Positions 8,971 to 18,400 of a DNA stretch of 64,000 nt are shown piece by piece; the first letter of the stretch is position 1; the number at the start of each line of letters is the position of its first letter. The DNA lies in IMG/VR virus record IMGVR_UViG_3300012347_000391, positions 1 to 64,000 of that record, one strand, 5' to 3'. Made by a program: the position numbers and the translations under genes. Origin of the DNA: a virus. The notes below the pieces were generated by a model. That model made no database searches. It saw only the letters and a list, made by a program, of their open reading frames with translations, and had not been told where the DNA came from.

Positions 8971-9156
8971 ATGAAAGAAAAACTAGAAGAAGCTAAACTA
9001 AAGTTAATAGAAGCTTCTAAAATTATATCTGAGTTAGCTGAAGCAGGAGTTAATATTGAACTTACAATTTCTACTATAAAAACTCAAAAATCTTTTATTT
9101 GTGATAATAGTACTATAGTAAGCATTACAAGTGCAACAATGCAAACTGAATTATAA
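8971..9156 (+). CDS. Hypothetical small protein
   Basis: Start lies 1 nt after the helicase stop. No motif recognised. Confidence 0.45.
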   Translation: MKEKLEEAKLKLIEASKIISELAEAGVNIELTISTIKTQKSFICDNSTIVSITSATMQTEL

Positions 9157-9869
9157 TGGCAGAGATAAAACTAGATATAAGTGAGTATAACTTACTTATA
9201 GATAAAGGCAAACTCTTAGAAGAAGCTTTATCTAGAGAAAAACAATGGGCAGAGAGAGTTGATACGCTTAATCAAGAAAAGATAGAAGCTTATCAAAAAG
9301 CTGAAAAACAAATTGTAATTAGAAAGATAACAGAGAAGAGAGAGTATCGTGCTCCTTCTCATATTTCTATGGAACAACTAGGAAAAGTTTTTAATTCTAT
9401 TAGAAATACTCATTATTCTTCTGCAAATTTAGACCCTAATTATGTTTTATCTACTATAGAAAATGTCTTAAAAGATAAAAATGATTATACTACTGTATTA
9501 GATGAAACACAAACTTTTCAAGGTTTGAATGAGTTTATTGAAGAAGCAGAAAATAAAGCTTTAGTAAAACTAAGCACAAAAGCTAAACAAGCTTTAGAGA
9601 AAGAACCTATATATGATGAAGCTATTTTAGAAAATAAAAAATTTGAAAAACTTAATTTTAAGTTATTTGAACAAAATCAAAAATTAACTGCTGAATTAGA
9701 AATTTCTAAAGAGTTTGGTAGAACTAGATTAATTCTTATACAAGAGATTGCAGACTATGTTCATCATATTAAAATTCATTTACAAGATACCACTCTTTTT
9801 AATTATAAGAGTAGGTTAAAATCTTTAATTGTTTATTTAGAGAAGTTCAATGAAAAATTTCAATTGTAA
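9156..9869 (+). CDS. Hypothetical protein, charged and probably coiled-coil-rich
   Basis: Start overlaps the upstream stop (ATAATG). Lys/Glu-rich heptad-like stretches. Confidence 0.55.
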   Translation: MAEIKLDISEYNLLIDKGKLLEEALSREKQWAERVDTLNQEKIEAYQKAEKQIVIRKITEKREYRAPSHISMEQLGKVFNSIRNTHYSSANLDPNYVLSTIENVLKDKNDYTTVLDETQTFQGLNEFIEEAENKALVKLSTKAKQALEKEPIYDEAILENKKFEKLNFKLFEQNQKLTAELEISKEFGRTRLILIQEIADYVHHIKIHLQDTTLFNYKSRLKSLIVYLEKFNEKFQL

Positions 9870-10222
9870 TGAATACTTTTAACAGAGGACCTAACCCGGA
9901 TTTTCATGTTATAAATAATCCAAATTCTTTACTAACTTTTTTACAAAATGATAAAAAAGTTATTGCAAAAATAGTGGATTCTTGGCCATTAAGGATTAAT
10001 TTTGTAATCGAATATACCTATGACAGTATTGTAACTTTTGGAGGATATTGGATGAATACTATTGAACTTTTAGAAATCTTAGATTTAACTAAAGAGTTTA
10101 ATATGTTAGATGCTAACCTTTGTCATATAACTTACATACAAAATCCTCAAGATGAACATTACGAAGTTGAAGTTCTATTTGATAAAGTAGATGGAGATGG
10201 TATTTCATTTAGTCATAATTAA
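9869..10222 (+). CDS. Hypothetical protein
   Basis: Start overlaps the upstream stop (TAATG). No motif recognised. Confidence 0.5.
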   Translation: MNTFNRGPNPDFHVINNPNSLLTFLQNDKKVIAKIVDSWPLRINFVIEYTYDSIVTFGGYWMNTIELLEILDLTKEFNMLDANLCHITYIQNPQDEHYEVEVLFDKVDGDGISFSHN

Positions 10223-10238
10223 AAACAATTAAATAAAC

Positions 10239-11282
10239 ATGATAAAAGCAGAAATTGTAGCTCACTCCTTAAACCAACAAGGAGATGAGCTTATTAGTGT
10301 ATTAGCAACTTTTCCAAGAATAATCCTTGCAGAAGTTAATACACATAGAATGTTGAGTAAGAATACTTCATCTTCAAGAGCAATTCCTTTTGGTAAAATG
10401 GTAGAAGCAGTAAGAAGTAATCCTTTTATTCCTATTGCTTGGCAAAAAGAACATTCAGGTATGCAAGGAACTGAATATATTACTAATCAAGAAGATATTA
10501 ATAAATGTATATCAACTCATTTAACATTAAGAGATTTAGTTGTAGTATATGCTGAAGAACAAACTAGAAATGGAGCAACTAAACAAATATCAAATAGGTA
10601 TTTAGAACCCTTTATGTGGACTACTATGTTAATTACTGGTAGTAAAGAAGGTTGGGATAACTTTTTTAGATTAAGATGCCCTTCTTATACTTTATTTGAT
10701 TTTGATAAAACATATAAAAGTAGAAAAGAAGCTATTAATTCTATTATTATGGAAGGTAATAAAGCTGTAGTAGAAACTTGGGATAATTTAAAATGGTTAC
10801 AACAAAATAAAGGTCAAGCTGAAATTCACATGATGGCTTTAGCTGAAGCTATTTGGGATGCTAAAAATGAATCTACTCCTATAGTATTAGAACCCGGAGA
10901 ATGGCATATTCCTTTTGGAAATAAAATACTTATTCCTTGGGAAGAAGATTCTAATTTACAAAGTAATACTATAAAAGCTGTAAAAATTTCAACAGCTATG
11001 AGTGCAAGAACTTCTTATACAGTAGTTGGAGAAGAAAAAGAGATTAATCTAGAAACTTTAATAGGTTTACATGATAGATTAATTACTCAACAACCTCCTC
11101 ATAGTTCTCCAATGGAACACTGTTGTAGAGCTATGAATATAGACGAGTACTCAGATTTTGTTAAAGGGTCTAGAACTATTAGAAATAATAATCTATATAA
11201 TAATCCTTCTAGTGGATGGTGCACTAACATTAAAGGATTTATTCCTTATCGTTACTTTTTAGATAATAATTTAACCCTTTAA
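10239..11282 (+). CDS. thyX: ThyX/Thy1-like flavin-dependent thymidylate synthase family protein (variant motif)
   Basis: EVNTHRMLSKNTSSSRAIP (nt 10341-10379) matches the ThyX signature RHRxxSxxxxSxR, but the first Arg is Thr. Thy1 is a common crAss-like replication-arm gene. Confidence 0.6.
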   Translation: MIKAEIVAHSLNQQGDELISVLATFPRIILAEVNTHRMLSKNTSSSRAIPFGKMVEAVRSNPFIPIAWQKEHSGMQGTEYITNQEDINKCISTHLTLRDLVVVYAEEQTRNGATKQISNRYLEPFMWTTMLITGSKEGWDNFFRLRCPSYTLFDFDKTYKSRKEAINSIIMEGNKAVVETWDNLKWLQQNKGQAEIHMMALAEAIWDAKNESTPIVLEPGEWHIPFGNKILIPWEEDSNLQSNTIKAVKISTAMSARTSYTVVGEEKEINLETLIGLHDRLITQQPPHSSPMEHCCRAMNIDEYSDFVKGSRTIRNNNLYNNPSSGWCTNIKGFIPYRYFLDNNLTL

Positions 11283-11291
11283 ATAAATATA

Positions 11292-11579
11292 ATGAGAGCA
11301 ATAGGAAGAAGAGTGCTAGTAGAGATTATTACTACTAAGAAACAGAGACATATTATCGTAGGAGATAAGCAAGCTCCAGAAGATGAGTTTACAACTACGT
11401 ATAAAATACTTCAAATGGGGCCAGATTGTCCTACTGATGAAGTTAAAGTAGGAGATATTCCTATTTTTGAAGCTCATGGTGTTTTTGTAGGTAGTAAAAC
11501 TATCAAAGAGGTTAAGAATGTTGAATTAACTAGACATGCTATCATAGCTTATGATGAAATTGCTGGTATTGATAATTAA
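11292..11579 (+). CDS. GroES/Cpn10-like co-chaperonin
   Basis: 95 aa. IGRRVLVE at the N-terminus, a central VKVGDIPIF and a C-terminal IIAYDEIAGI align by eye with GroES (PLHDRVIVK ... VKVGDIVIF ... ILAIV). Confidence 0.5.
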   Translation: MRAIGRRVLVEIITTKKQRHIIVGDKQAPEDEFTTTYKILQMGPDCPTDEVKVGDIPIFEAHGVFVGSKTIKEVKNVELTRHAIIAYDEIAGIDN

Positions 11580-11591
11580 AAAACAACTATA

Positions 11592-12155
11592 ATGAATAAG
11601 ATTCAAACACTAGCTGAATATCAGCAATTAGCAAATAGAACTTGCCCGGATTTAGGAACTAATCAACTTAATGAGTTACACATGTGGCTTGGAGTTGTTA
11701 CAGAGATAGGAGAAACTCTTGATATTTTTAAGAAATTTATTGCCTATAAAAAACCAATGGATTTAGTTAACCTTGGAGAAGAGTTAGCTGACCAATGTTG
11801 GTATTCAGCTAATAATGCCATAAGAACTAAAGATGAATTAATTGAGCCTGATTTTCTTACGGAAGTTACTGTTTTATTAAAACAAGAGGGTAATACAAAA
11901 GAAGATGTGGTATGTTATCTTTTTGCAGATTTTTTAGATACTTCTAGAGAACATGACTGCCAAAGGGTTTTTGATATTGCTTTTACTGTTTGTGAGTTAT
12001 ATGATATTGACTTTTGGCAAATTCTTACCAATAATATCACTAAACTTCAGATACGTTATCCTGAAAGATTTACTGAAGATTTAGCTCTTAATAGAGATTT
12101 AGAAGCTGAAAGAGCTGAACTTGAAAAAAGTGAAAATACAGAAGGAAGAGTATAA
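11592..12155 (+). CDS. mazG: MazG-like all-alpha nucleoside triphosphate pyrophosphohydrolase
   Basis: VTEIGETLDIFKK and GEELADQCWY correspond to the paired E.GE / EE..D metal-binding helices of MazG-family enzymes. Confidence 0.65.
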   Translation: MNKIQTLAEYQQLANRTCPDLGTNQLNELHMWLGVVTEIGETLDIFKKFIAYKKPMDLVNLGEELADQCWYSANNAIRTKDELIEPDFLTEVTVLLKQEGNTKEDVVCYLFADFLDTSREHDCQRVFDIAFTVCELYDIDFWQILTNNITKLQIRYPERFTEDLALNRDLEAERAELEKSENTEGRV

Positions 12156-12466
12156 TGGATAGTTTAAATAAATTGGAGGAGATGATTAATTCATTTCCTC
12201 CTAATTATGACCTTCTTAAGAAAACTATAATTAATCAAGTTAATATAGCTAAAGCAGAATTTGAAGATTTTAAATCTAGGTCTATAACTTGGGGAATAAG
12301 TGATTTTGCAAAAAGAGCTAGACAACTTAAAGGAGATAGTTGGAAAAACTTTTTTAATGAGGTTTTATTTGAACAACAACTTCTTTTAATGATAAAAAAT
12401 CATGATGGTAATGATGGTATTAGTTGGTCCACTATTGATTTTTATTTATATCAATGTTTAAAGTAA
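12155..12466 (+). CDS. Hypothetical protein
   Basis: Start overlaps the mazG-like stop (TAATG). No motif recognised. Confidence 0.5.
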   Translation: MDSLNKLEEMINSFPPNYDLLKKTIINQVNIAKAEFEDFKSRSITWGISDFAKRARQLKGDSWKNFFNEVLFEQQLLLMIKNHDGNDGISWSTIDFYLYQCLK

Positions 12467-12470
12467 TTTT

Positions 12471-12761
12471 ATGAAAAATATAATCACAGAACATTTTGGT
12501 AAAGCAGATACTTCAATAGAGATATGTGAATTAAGTTCAAGTAATACTATTACAACTATTCATAAAGACGGAGAAGCTATAATATTTCCTTCTATCTATG
12601 AAGCTTTTAAATATGAAAGGGGACAAGGAATAGAGGTAGAAAGATTTTATTGTGCAGAAGAACAACTTGAATATATCTATGAGAACTTTGTTTCTTATCA
12701 AGATATTGTAAATAATTTTGATGTTAAAACCACTAAAAGAACAGGTTATGATAAAAATTGA
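12471..12761 (+). CDS. Hypothetical protein
   Basis: Tightly packed co-oriented ORF. No motif recognised. Confidence 0.5.
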   Translation: MKNIITEHFGKADTSIEICELSSSNTITTIHKDGEAIIFPSIYEAFKYERGQGIEVERFYCAEEQLEYIYENFVSYQDIVNNFDVKTTKRTGYDKN

Positions 12762-13482
12762 TAATATTTTTGGATTAATAATTATAGCCGGATTAGGCTT
12801 TTTATTAATAACTCAACAATGTTCTCATAATAGAGAAATTGTTAGTTTTGAAAAAAATCAAAAAGCTTTTGAAGATACTATTAAAGTAACTAGAAATAAG
12901 CTTGGACAATCTGTAGGTAAGATTTCTATTATAGAGACTAATAGAACTAAAGACTTTTTAGCTTTAGCTACTAAAGATAGTACTATTCAAAAATTACAAC
13001 AGGTAGTCAAAACTTATAAAAGTAAACTAAAAGGTCAAGGAGTTGTTGTAATAGCTAATACAGAAGCTACTGTTAGTGTAACTGCACCTACTGTAATAGA
13101 TAGTACAAATAAAACTTCTCCTATATATACATCTAGTTTTAAACTTAGAGATTCTTTAGATAAAAAGAAAGTATGGGTTTATGGTAGTACTATTGCTAAA
13201 AAAGATAGTACTCAAATTAGTTTAAAATATAGAGAAGAAGTTGAATTACTCATAGGAGAAGAAAGTACCGGCTTTTTAGGATGGGGTAAAGCTAAGTCTT
13301 TTGGCCAAATTACTTTTAAGAATCCTTATAGTGAGGTCAAAGAAATGAAGATTTATCAAAAAGAATCTCCTAAGAAGAAATATTGGCATATTGGACCTAC
13401 AGCAGGTTATGGTATAACATCTGATGGAACAAGTCAAATATTTCTTGGAGTAGGAGTAATGTGGACACCTATTAGTTTTTAA
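12718..13482 (+). CDS. Membrane-anchored or exported hypothetical protein
   Basis: N-terminal hydrophobic helix IFGLIIIAGLGFLLITQQC, then a soluble domain. The true start may be the internal MIKIDN. Confidence 0.5.
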   Translation: MMLKPLKEQVMIKIDNIFGLIIIAGLGFLLITQQCSHNREIVSFEKNQKAFEDTIKVTRNKLGQSVGKISIIETNRTKDFLALATKDSTIQKLQQVVKTYKSKLKGQGVVVIANTEATVSVTAPTVIDSTNKTSPIYTSSFKLRDSLDKKKVWVYGSTIAKKDSTQISLKYREEVELLIGEESTGFLGWGKAKSFGQITFKNPYSEVKEMKIYQKESPKKKYWHIGPTAGYGITSDGTSQIFLGVGVMWTPISF

Positions 13483-13484
13483 AT

Positions 13485-13847
13485 ATGTTTAAGACAGTTG
13501 ATTCAAAACTTAATTTTAATTTTTCTGAAGAAAAAGAAATAGCTCCTCTTAAGGGGAATAAATTTCTAAATTTTGAAATAACTAAGATGATTGAGAAGTT
13601 AGAAGAGATGAAAGTTAATCCTACTGTACATGACATGCTTAAAGTAAATAAGATAGTTCCTATTCTTTTTTCAGAAAATATTAAAGAAGTATTACCTTTA
13701 TTTATTACTTATAATGATAGAAGATATATTTGTAAAAGAACAATTAATAAGAAACAAGTATTGGTTATATCTGACCCAGATTATAATGTAGTAGTTAAAG
13801 CTCACGAAGAATTTTGTATAAAACACAATTTAAAAACAGATGGATAG
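13485..13847 (+). CDS. Hypothetical protein
   Basis: Co-oriented ORF whose stop overlaps the ACP start by 8 nt. Confidence 0.5.
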   Translation: MFKTVDSKLNFNFSEEKEIAPLKGNKFLNFEITKMIEKLEEMKVNPTVHDMLKVNKIVPILFSENIKEVLPLFITYNDRRYICKRTINKKQVLVISDPDYNVVVKAHEEFCIKHNLKTDG

Positions 13848-14079
13848 AGAAGAAATACTAGAGAAAGTCAAAAATTTTATTACTGATACTTTAGATATAA
13901 AGATAGACCAATTAGTTGAAGAATATAAACTTAATGAAGAGTTAGGTTTAGATTCTTTAGATAGAGTAGTTTTCTTTATGGATTTAGAAAAAGAATTTAA
14001 TATTGCTATTCCTGAAGAAGAAGAGGAAGATATAGTAACTATTAAAGAACTTATTGACTATTTAGTAACTAAATTATAA
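13840..14079 (+). CDS. Acyl carrier protein
   Basis: 79 aa that aligns by eye along its whole length with bacterial AcpP. It contains ELGLDSLDRVVFFMDLEKEFNIAIPEEE, with the phosphopantetheine-attachment Ser in DSLD (nt 13954-13956). Confidence 0.85.
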   Translation: MDREEILEKVKNFITDTLDIKIDQLVEEYKLNEELGLDSLDRVVFFMDLEKEFNIAIPEEEEEDIVTIKELIDYLVTKL

Positions 14080-14084
14080 CAATT

Positions 14085-14594
14085 ATGAATGAAAGAAAAC
14101 CTGTCAAATCTTTATTTGACTTAAAATTAACAACTTGGTTTGTTACTAGAAAACCTATAGTTCAAGAGGCTATATGTAAATATCCTCCGGGGTATTATAT
14201 CTATTCAGTAAATAACTTACTTTATAGATTAATAGGTTGGTCTGAACCTGAAGAAAGTAAAGGGGAGTCTGTTGTACAAATATTTCTTGAAAGAGAGATA
14301 GAAGGAGGAACTGAAAGAATAAGAATCCATCCTGATTTTATATTTCCTGCAGCAGATGAAGTAGAAGAAGTAGAAACTATTGAAGAGATAGAAACTGTTA
14401 CTAATTTTGAGCCTGTACTTGTAGGTTATAACATAGGTAAAGAAATTGGAGGAGAGATTAAATATCTATCTTTTGAAGGACAAAGAAGAGTTTTCTATAC
14501 TATAGAAGATGCTAAAGATTTCTTAGGAGATAATGGACATGTTATTAATGTAGAACAATTGGAAGAATTTATCTATTCTCCTGTTTATTCTTAA
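14085..14594 (+). CDS. Hypothetical protein with an acidic EVEEVETIEEIETV segment
   Basis: Co-oriented ORF. No motif recognised. Confidence 0.5.
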   Translation: MNERKPVKSLFDLKLTTWFVTRKPIVQEAICKYPPGYYIYSVNNLLYRLIGWSEPEESKGESVVQIFLEREIEGGTERIRIHPDFIFPAADEVEEVETIEEIETVTNFEPVLVGYNIGKEIGGEIKYLSFEGQRRVFYTIEDAKDFLGDNGHVINVEQLEEFIYSPVYS

Positions 14595-14596
14595 TT

Positions 14597-14806
14597 ATGT
14601 TAGTAGAGACAGAATCTGAATTTTGGCAAAAAGAGTTAGAGAAGATAAAAGACCCTATATCAGGAGCTTATTACTTCTATATTAACTATGTTAAAATTGA
14701 AAGAAATGGTAAAAGAACTTCTCCTCCTTTTATAACAGAGAAGGATTTTAATAAAGTAATTGAACAAGATTCCTTATTATATGTAAAGAATCGTAGAAGA
14801 AACTAA
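14597..14806 (+). CDS. Hypothetical small protein
   Basis: Tightly packed co-oriented ORF. Confidence 0.45.
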   Translation: MLVETESEFWQKELEKIKDPISGAYYFYINYVKIERNGKRTSPPFITEKDFNKVIEQDSLLYVKNRRRN

Positions 14807-14810
14807 GATT

Positions 14811-15035
14811 ATGGTAAGATTTCATTGTTTAACAAGTGAGTTTAGTAAATATATTTTACTAAAAGATTATGGAGATACTACTTATTTTGTAGTTTTACAT
14901 TTATGTAAGACAGATACTTTTGTTAAAGTAGATAGAAGAATAAAGTCTAAAGATGATTTTATTAAATTGTATGGTTTTCAAGCAAAATATACAGAGGAAG
15001 AGATGAATAAAGCTTTAATTCATAAATTTAAATAG
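14811..15035 (+). CDS. Hypothetical small protein
   Basis: Tightly packed co-oriented ORF. Confidence 0.45.
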   Translation: MVRFHCLTSEFSKYILLKDYGDTTYFVVLHLCKTDTFVKVDRRIKSKDDFIKLYGFQAKYTEEEMNKALIHKFK

Positions 15036-15036
15036 T

Positions 15037-15273
15037 ATGATAACTGTAGAAGATTATTTAAAAGAAAAAGTGTATATTACACAAGATGGAATTGAAGATG
15101 TTCATGATAGCCTTAGTACTGTAAGAGATGCTGTAATTGAACTTATTCAAATACATGTAACAGAAGCTCTAAGACTAGCTAGTGAACAAGCTGAAAGTTA
15201 TATGCAACATTCTTGGGAAAAAGAGTATAAAGAAGGTATTCTAAATGCTTATCCGTTAGAAAATATTAAATAG
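15037..15273 (+). CDS. Hypothetical small protein (last gene of the plus-strand arm)
   Basis: Tightly packed co-oriented ORF. Confidence 0.45.
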   Translation: MITVEDYLKEKVYITQDGIEDVHDSLSTVRDAVIELIQIHVTEALRLASEQAESYMQHSWEKEYKEGILNAYPLENIK

Positions 15274-15413
15274 TAAAGGTTGGCTCTGCTGGGTAGTTCA
15301 AATCCACTAGTAACTAATCATGGTAACATGAGGTGAACGAGATGGTATCTTGGAAGGCGTCGGAAGCTAAGTAGAATAGGATACTCAAAACTACATTACC
15401 TTTATTATACAAG

Positions 15414-15449
15414 AAGAGTGAGGCAAAACCTCACTCTTTCTTTTTTTTT
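15414..15449. terminator. Bidirectional rho-independent terminator at the convergence of the two arms
   Basis: Perfect 10-bp stem AAGAGTGAGG (15414-15423) / CCTCACTCTT (15429-15438) with a 5-nt loop, followed by TC plus a T9 run. It sits 11 nt from the stop of the minus-strand 1593-aa gene. Confidence 0.75.
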
Positions 15450-15460
15450 ATTTAAGTGTA

Positions 15461-18400
15461 TTATTTAATCTCTTTTTGTTCTTCATCATATAGAGAGCGT
15501 ATTTTGAGAGAATATGTAGCATCTAATTCAGCCTTTACTTTCCTCTTAATTTCTTCTTCTAAGAGTACTTTAACTGCAGGGTCTTGATTGTCAATATCAT
15601 ATTCCTTATTCCAATACTTAGTAAGTTCCTCTTTAGCTTCTGCTCTATCAGATTTTAGACTTTTTAAATCTTTTTTATAATCTGACCAAAATGCAGCATC
15701 CATAAGTTCCCCCGGTTTCCATTCCCTTTCTCCATATTTATTGAAACCAAAACTTTTAAAATCTCCTCCTGCCCATTCATTAAATAAACTAGGCATTGTC
15801 ATTTTACCCACAGAGGTCCAAAATTTTGATTCTCCCGCATTTTCTCCAGTTTCAAGGGTATCGTCATCGGTAACTAATTTCTTCTGTAATCCACTAGATA
15901 CTTGAGTTATTCTTGTAAACCAAGAATCAATTCCTGCAGGTTTTGCTATAGCTGAATATAATCCTTGTGCATTAGTAAATAAACTAGCATCTTCTATTAA
16001 TCTAGTAATAGAGTTCTCTAGTACATTATAATAAAAGTCATCAATCTCTTTTTGTGCCCAATAAGGATTAGGAGTTTGTCCATCTAAAGTTTTAGGTTCT
16101 TTCTCATCATCATCTCCCATTAAAGATTTAATAAGTACTTTACCTAATGTTAACCAAAGTAAACCAACTACTTCATTAACTATGAAACTAAGATTTTGTC
16201 TATCTGCATCTGTAATATTTAATTCATTAAATTGATGTGCTTGAATTAAATTTTTACCTGATACTATATTAATAGGTAAACCTATACTTTTCTTTAATAT
16301 AGCTTTTCCAATTGCAGATAATTGAGTCAAAGCTTGTAAACTTTCTCCATCTACATTCTTATTACTCTTATTCATTTTATATGAATAAGCAGCTAAACCT
16401 AATAAAGTAATACCTCCAAGTCCTAAACCTAAAGTCATAGTACTTGTTATTCCAATACCTAAACCTAGAGCTGTTGTACTAGCTATATTGGTTTTCTTAT
16501 TAGATAAAGCTCCTGCATAAGAACCATCAAAATCTTTTAAACCTAATGATATACTATTTTGATTTTTAGCAAATCTTAAAAAGTACTGATTAGGCATCCA
16601 AGTTTTAAACATCATTAAAGACTTACCTAATGTAAAGTTTTTAATATAAGTACTTCCTGTTTTAGAATAATCTCCATTTAATAATGCAATAGTATCTGTT
16701 ATTTTAGATTTTACATCTGCATAAGTATTACTATTGAAATTTTCCCATGTCTCTATATTCTCAGGGGTTCTAAATTCAGGTTTTAATACTAATTCCCCAT
16801 CTACAATATTGTATGCAGGAAAAGATTGAGTATGACCATCAAATATTGGTACAGAAATTTGATTACCTTGTGCATTTACTGAAGTACTCATGATAGAAGA
16901 ATCCATCAAAATAGCTAAAGCTTGTGGAACTTGATTATGCCATTCTGTATATTCTGTAAGGTAAAAAGGATTTAGTTTTCTAGTCCAACCTGTAAAGCCT
17001 GATTCTCTTCTTGCTCTATCTAATTCATTAGTATTATCTTGAATATATCCCATTTTTTCAGTTAAGAGTTTAGCTTTCTTAACTTCATTTCTGTACTTGT
17101 TCATTCCCGGAATATATCTAATACCTTTTCTATTGATAAAAGCATTTGCAGCATAAAAATTACCTGCTGTCCAGTATCTTCCTGTATCATTAATCATTCC
17201 TTGATACCATCCTTGAAATCTATTAAAAAATTGAGAAGGTACATTCCAACCTAAACCTAAGAAAATACCAAATCTATTGATTAAAGTATTATAGATAGAG
17301 GCCCAAGTATAAGTTGTACCTAGATTATCTATTTGATGTTTAACACCATCTATTTCATACTGTAAAGCTACTGCTTTATCATTATCTGTAGTTTCCTCAA
17401 TTTTTTGTTCTAAATAAGCTATATATTTCTCTGCCTCTTCTTTATAGGCTTTTTCTCCTACATTAAGATTTTTACCCATCTTTCCCCAATGGTCTTTATC
17501 TTCTACTCCTTTTACATTCTTATTAATCCAAGATTGAGTTCTTAATTGTCCTCTAACTCTTTTATCTTGAAGACCATATTCTCTTTGTTTAAGTAAAACT
17601 CTATTGGCAACACCTTTTATTTCAGCATAAACACCTGACTTTACTTCTTTTTTTTCTAATTGGACTGTATCATATAAGTCTTTATAGATATTAATTTTAG
17701 GTAAAGCCTCTTTCTGTGCTTTATATTCTGAAACAACATCAAGATAAGCTCTCATCATAACAGGAAGATTAAAAGTTTGCTCTTCCATTACTTGATTAGT
17801 TAAGACTTCTTTAGCTACAAAAGGAATATTTATCTTAGAACCATAAGCTTTTGTAATATCAACTATATTTAATCCTGTTAATCTTTCTAATAAATCTTGA
17901 GCTTCTTGATTTAAAACAAGAGGATTTATCTTAGAAAGATTATCAATTTTAGATACCCTTTTAAATTCCATTTCAAAGACATCATATCTCTTACTAACCT
18001 CTTGTTGTATAGTTTCTATACCAGCTTTATTTACTTCAGTAATATCATTAGCTTTAGTGTCTCTAATATTAGTAGACATCATATCTTTAATAGTCTGCCC
18101 TGTGTCAGCTAACAAAGAAGTAGTCTTATTCATTACACCTAATTTTTTATCTAATAAGGTATCTGTCATACCTTTACTCATTTTTAATAATGAGTTATGA
18201 GATAAAGTAGTTTTAGAGTCACTTAAAGTGCTATTCATATATTGAGTAGCTTCTGCAAGTATTTCCCAAAATTTTAACAAATCTACATCATTTTCTATTT
18301 CAGAAAAATTAGCATCAAAGTATCCTGAATCCTCTGTTCTAGAGTCTCCATTCATATTATAGGTTGTTACCTCTTGTTTAGGTATAAATGAATTGTACTT

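Noticed and set aside
13485-13847. The 120-aa ORF ending in ...KTDG as a candidate ubiquitin-like protein for the E1/JAB pair
   Set aside because: It has a single terminal Gly, not Gly-Gly. It lies about 11 kb from the E1/JAB genes and is coupled to the ACP gene instead. No beta-grasp evidence is available by eye.
15292-15308. tRNA-like T-arm (GGTAG TTCAAAT CCACT), suggesting a tRNA gene in the junction region
   Set aside because: The stem has an A-C mismatch. The 3' acceptor-side sequence AGTAACT has no complementary partner about 65 nt upstream. A full tRNA would also have to overlap the ORF ending at 15273. At most it is a remnant.
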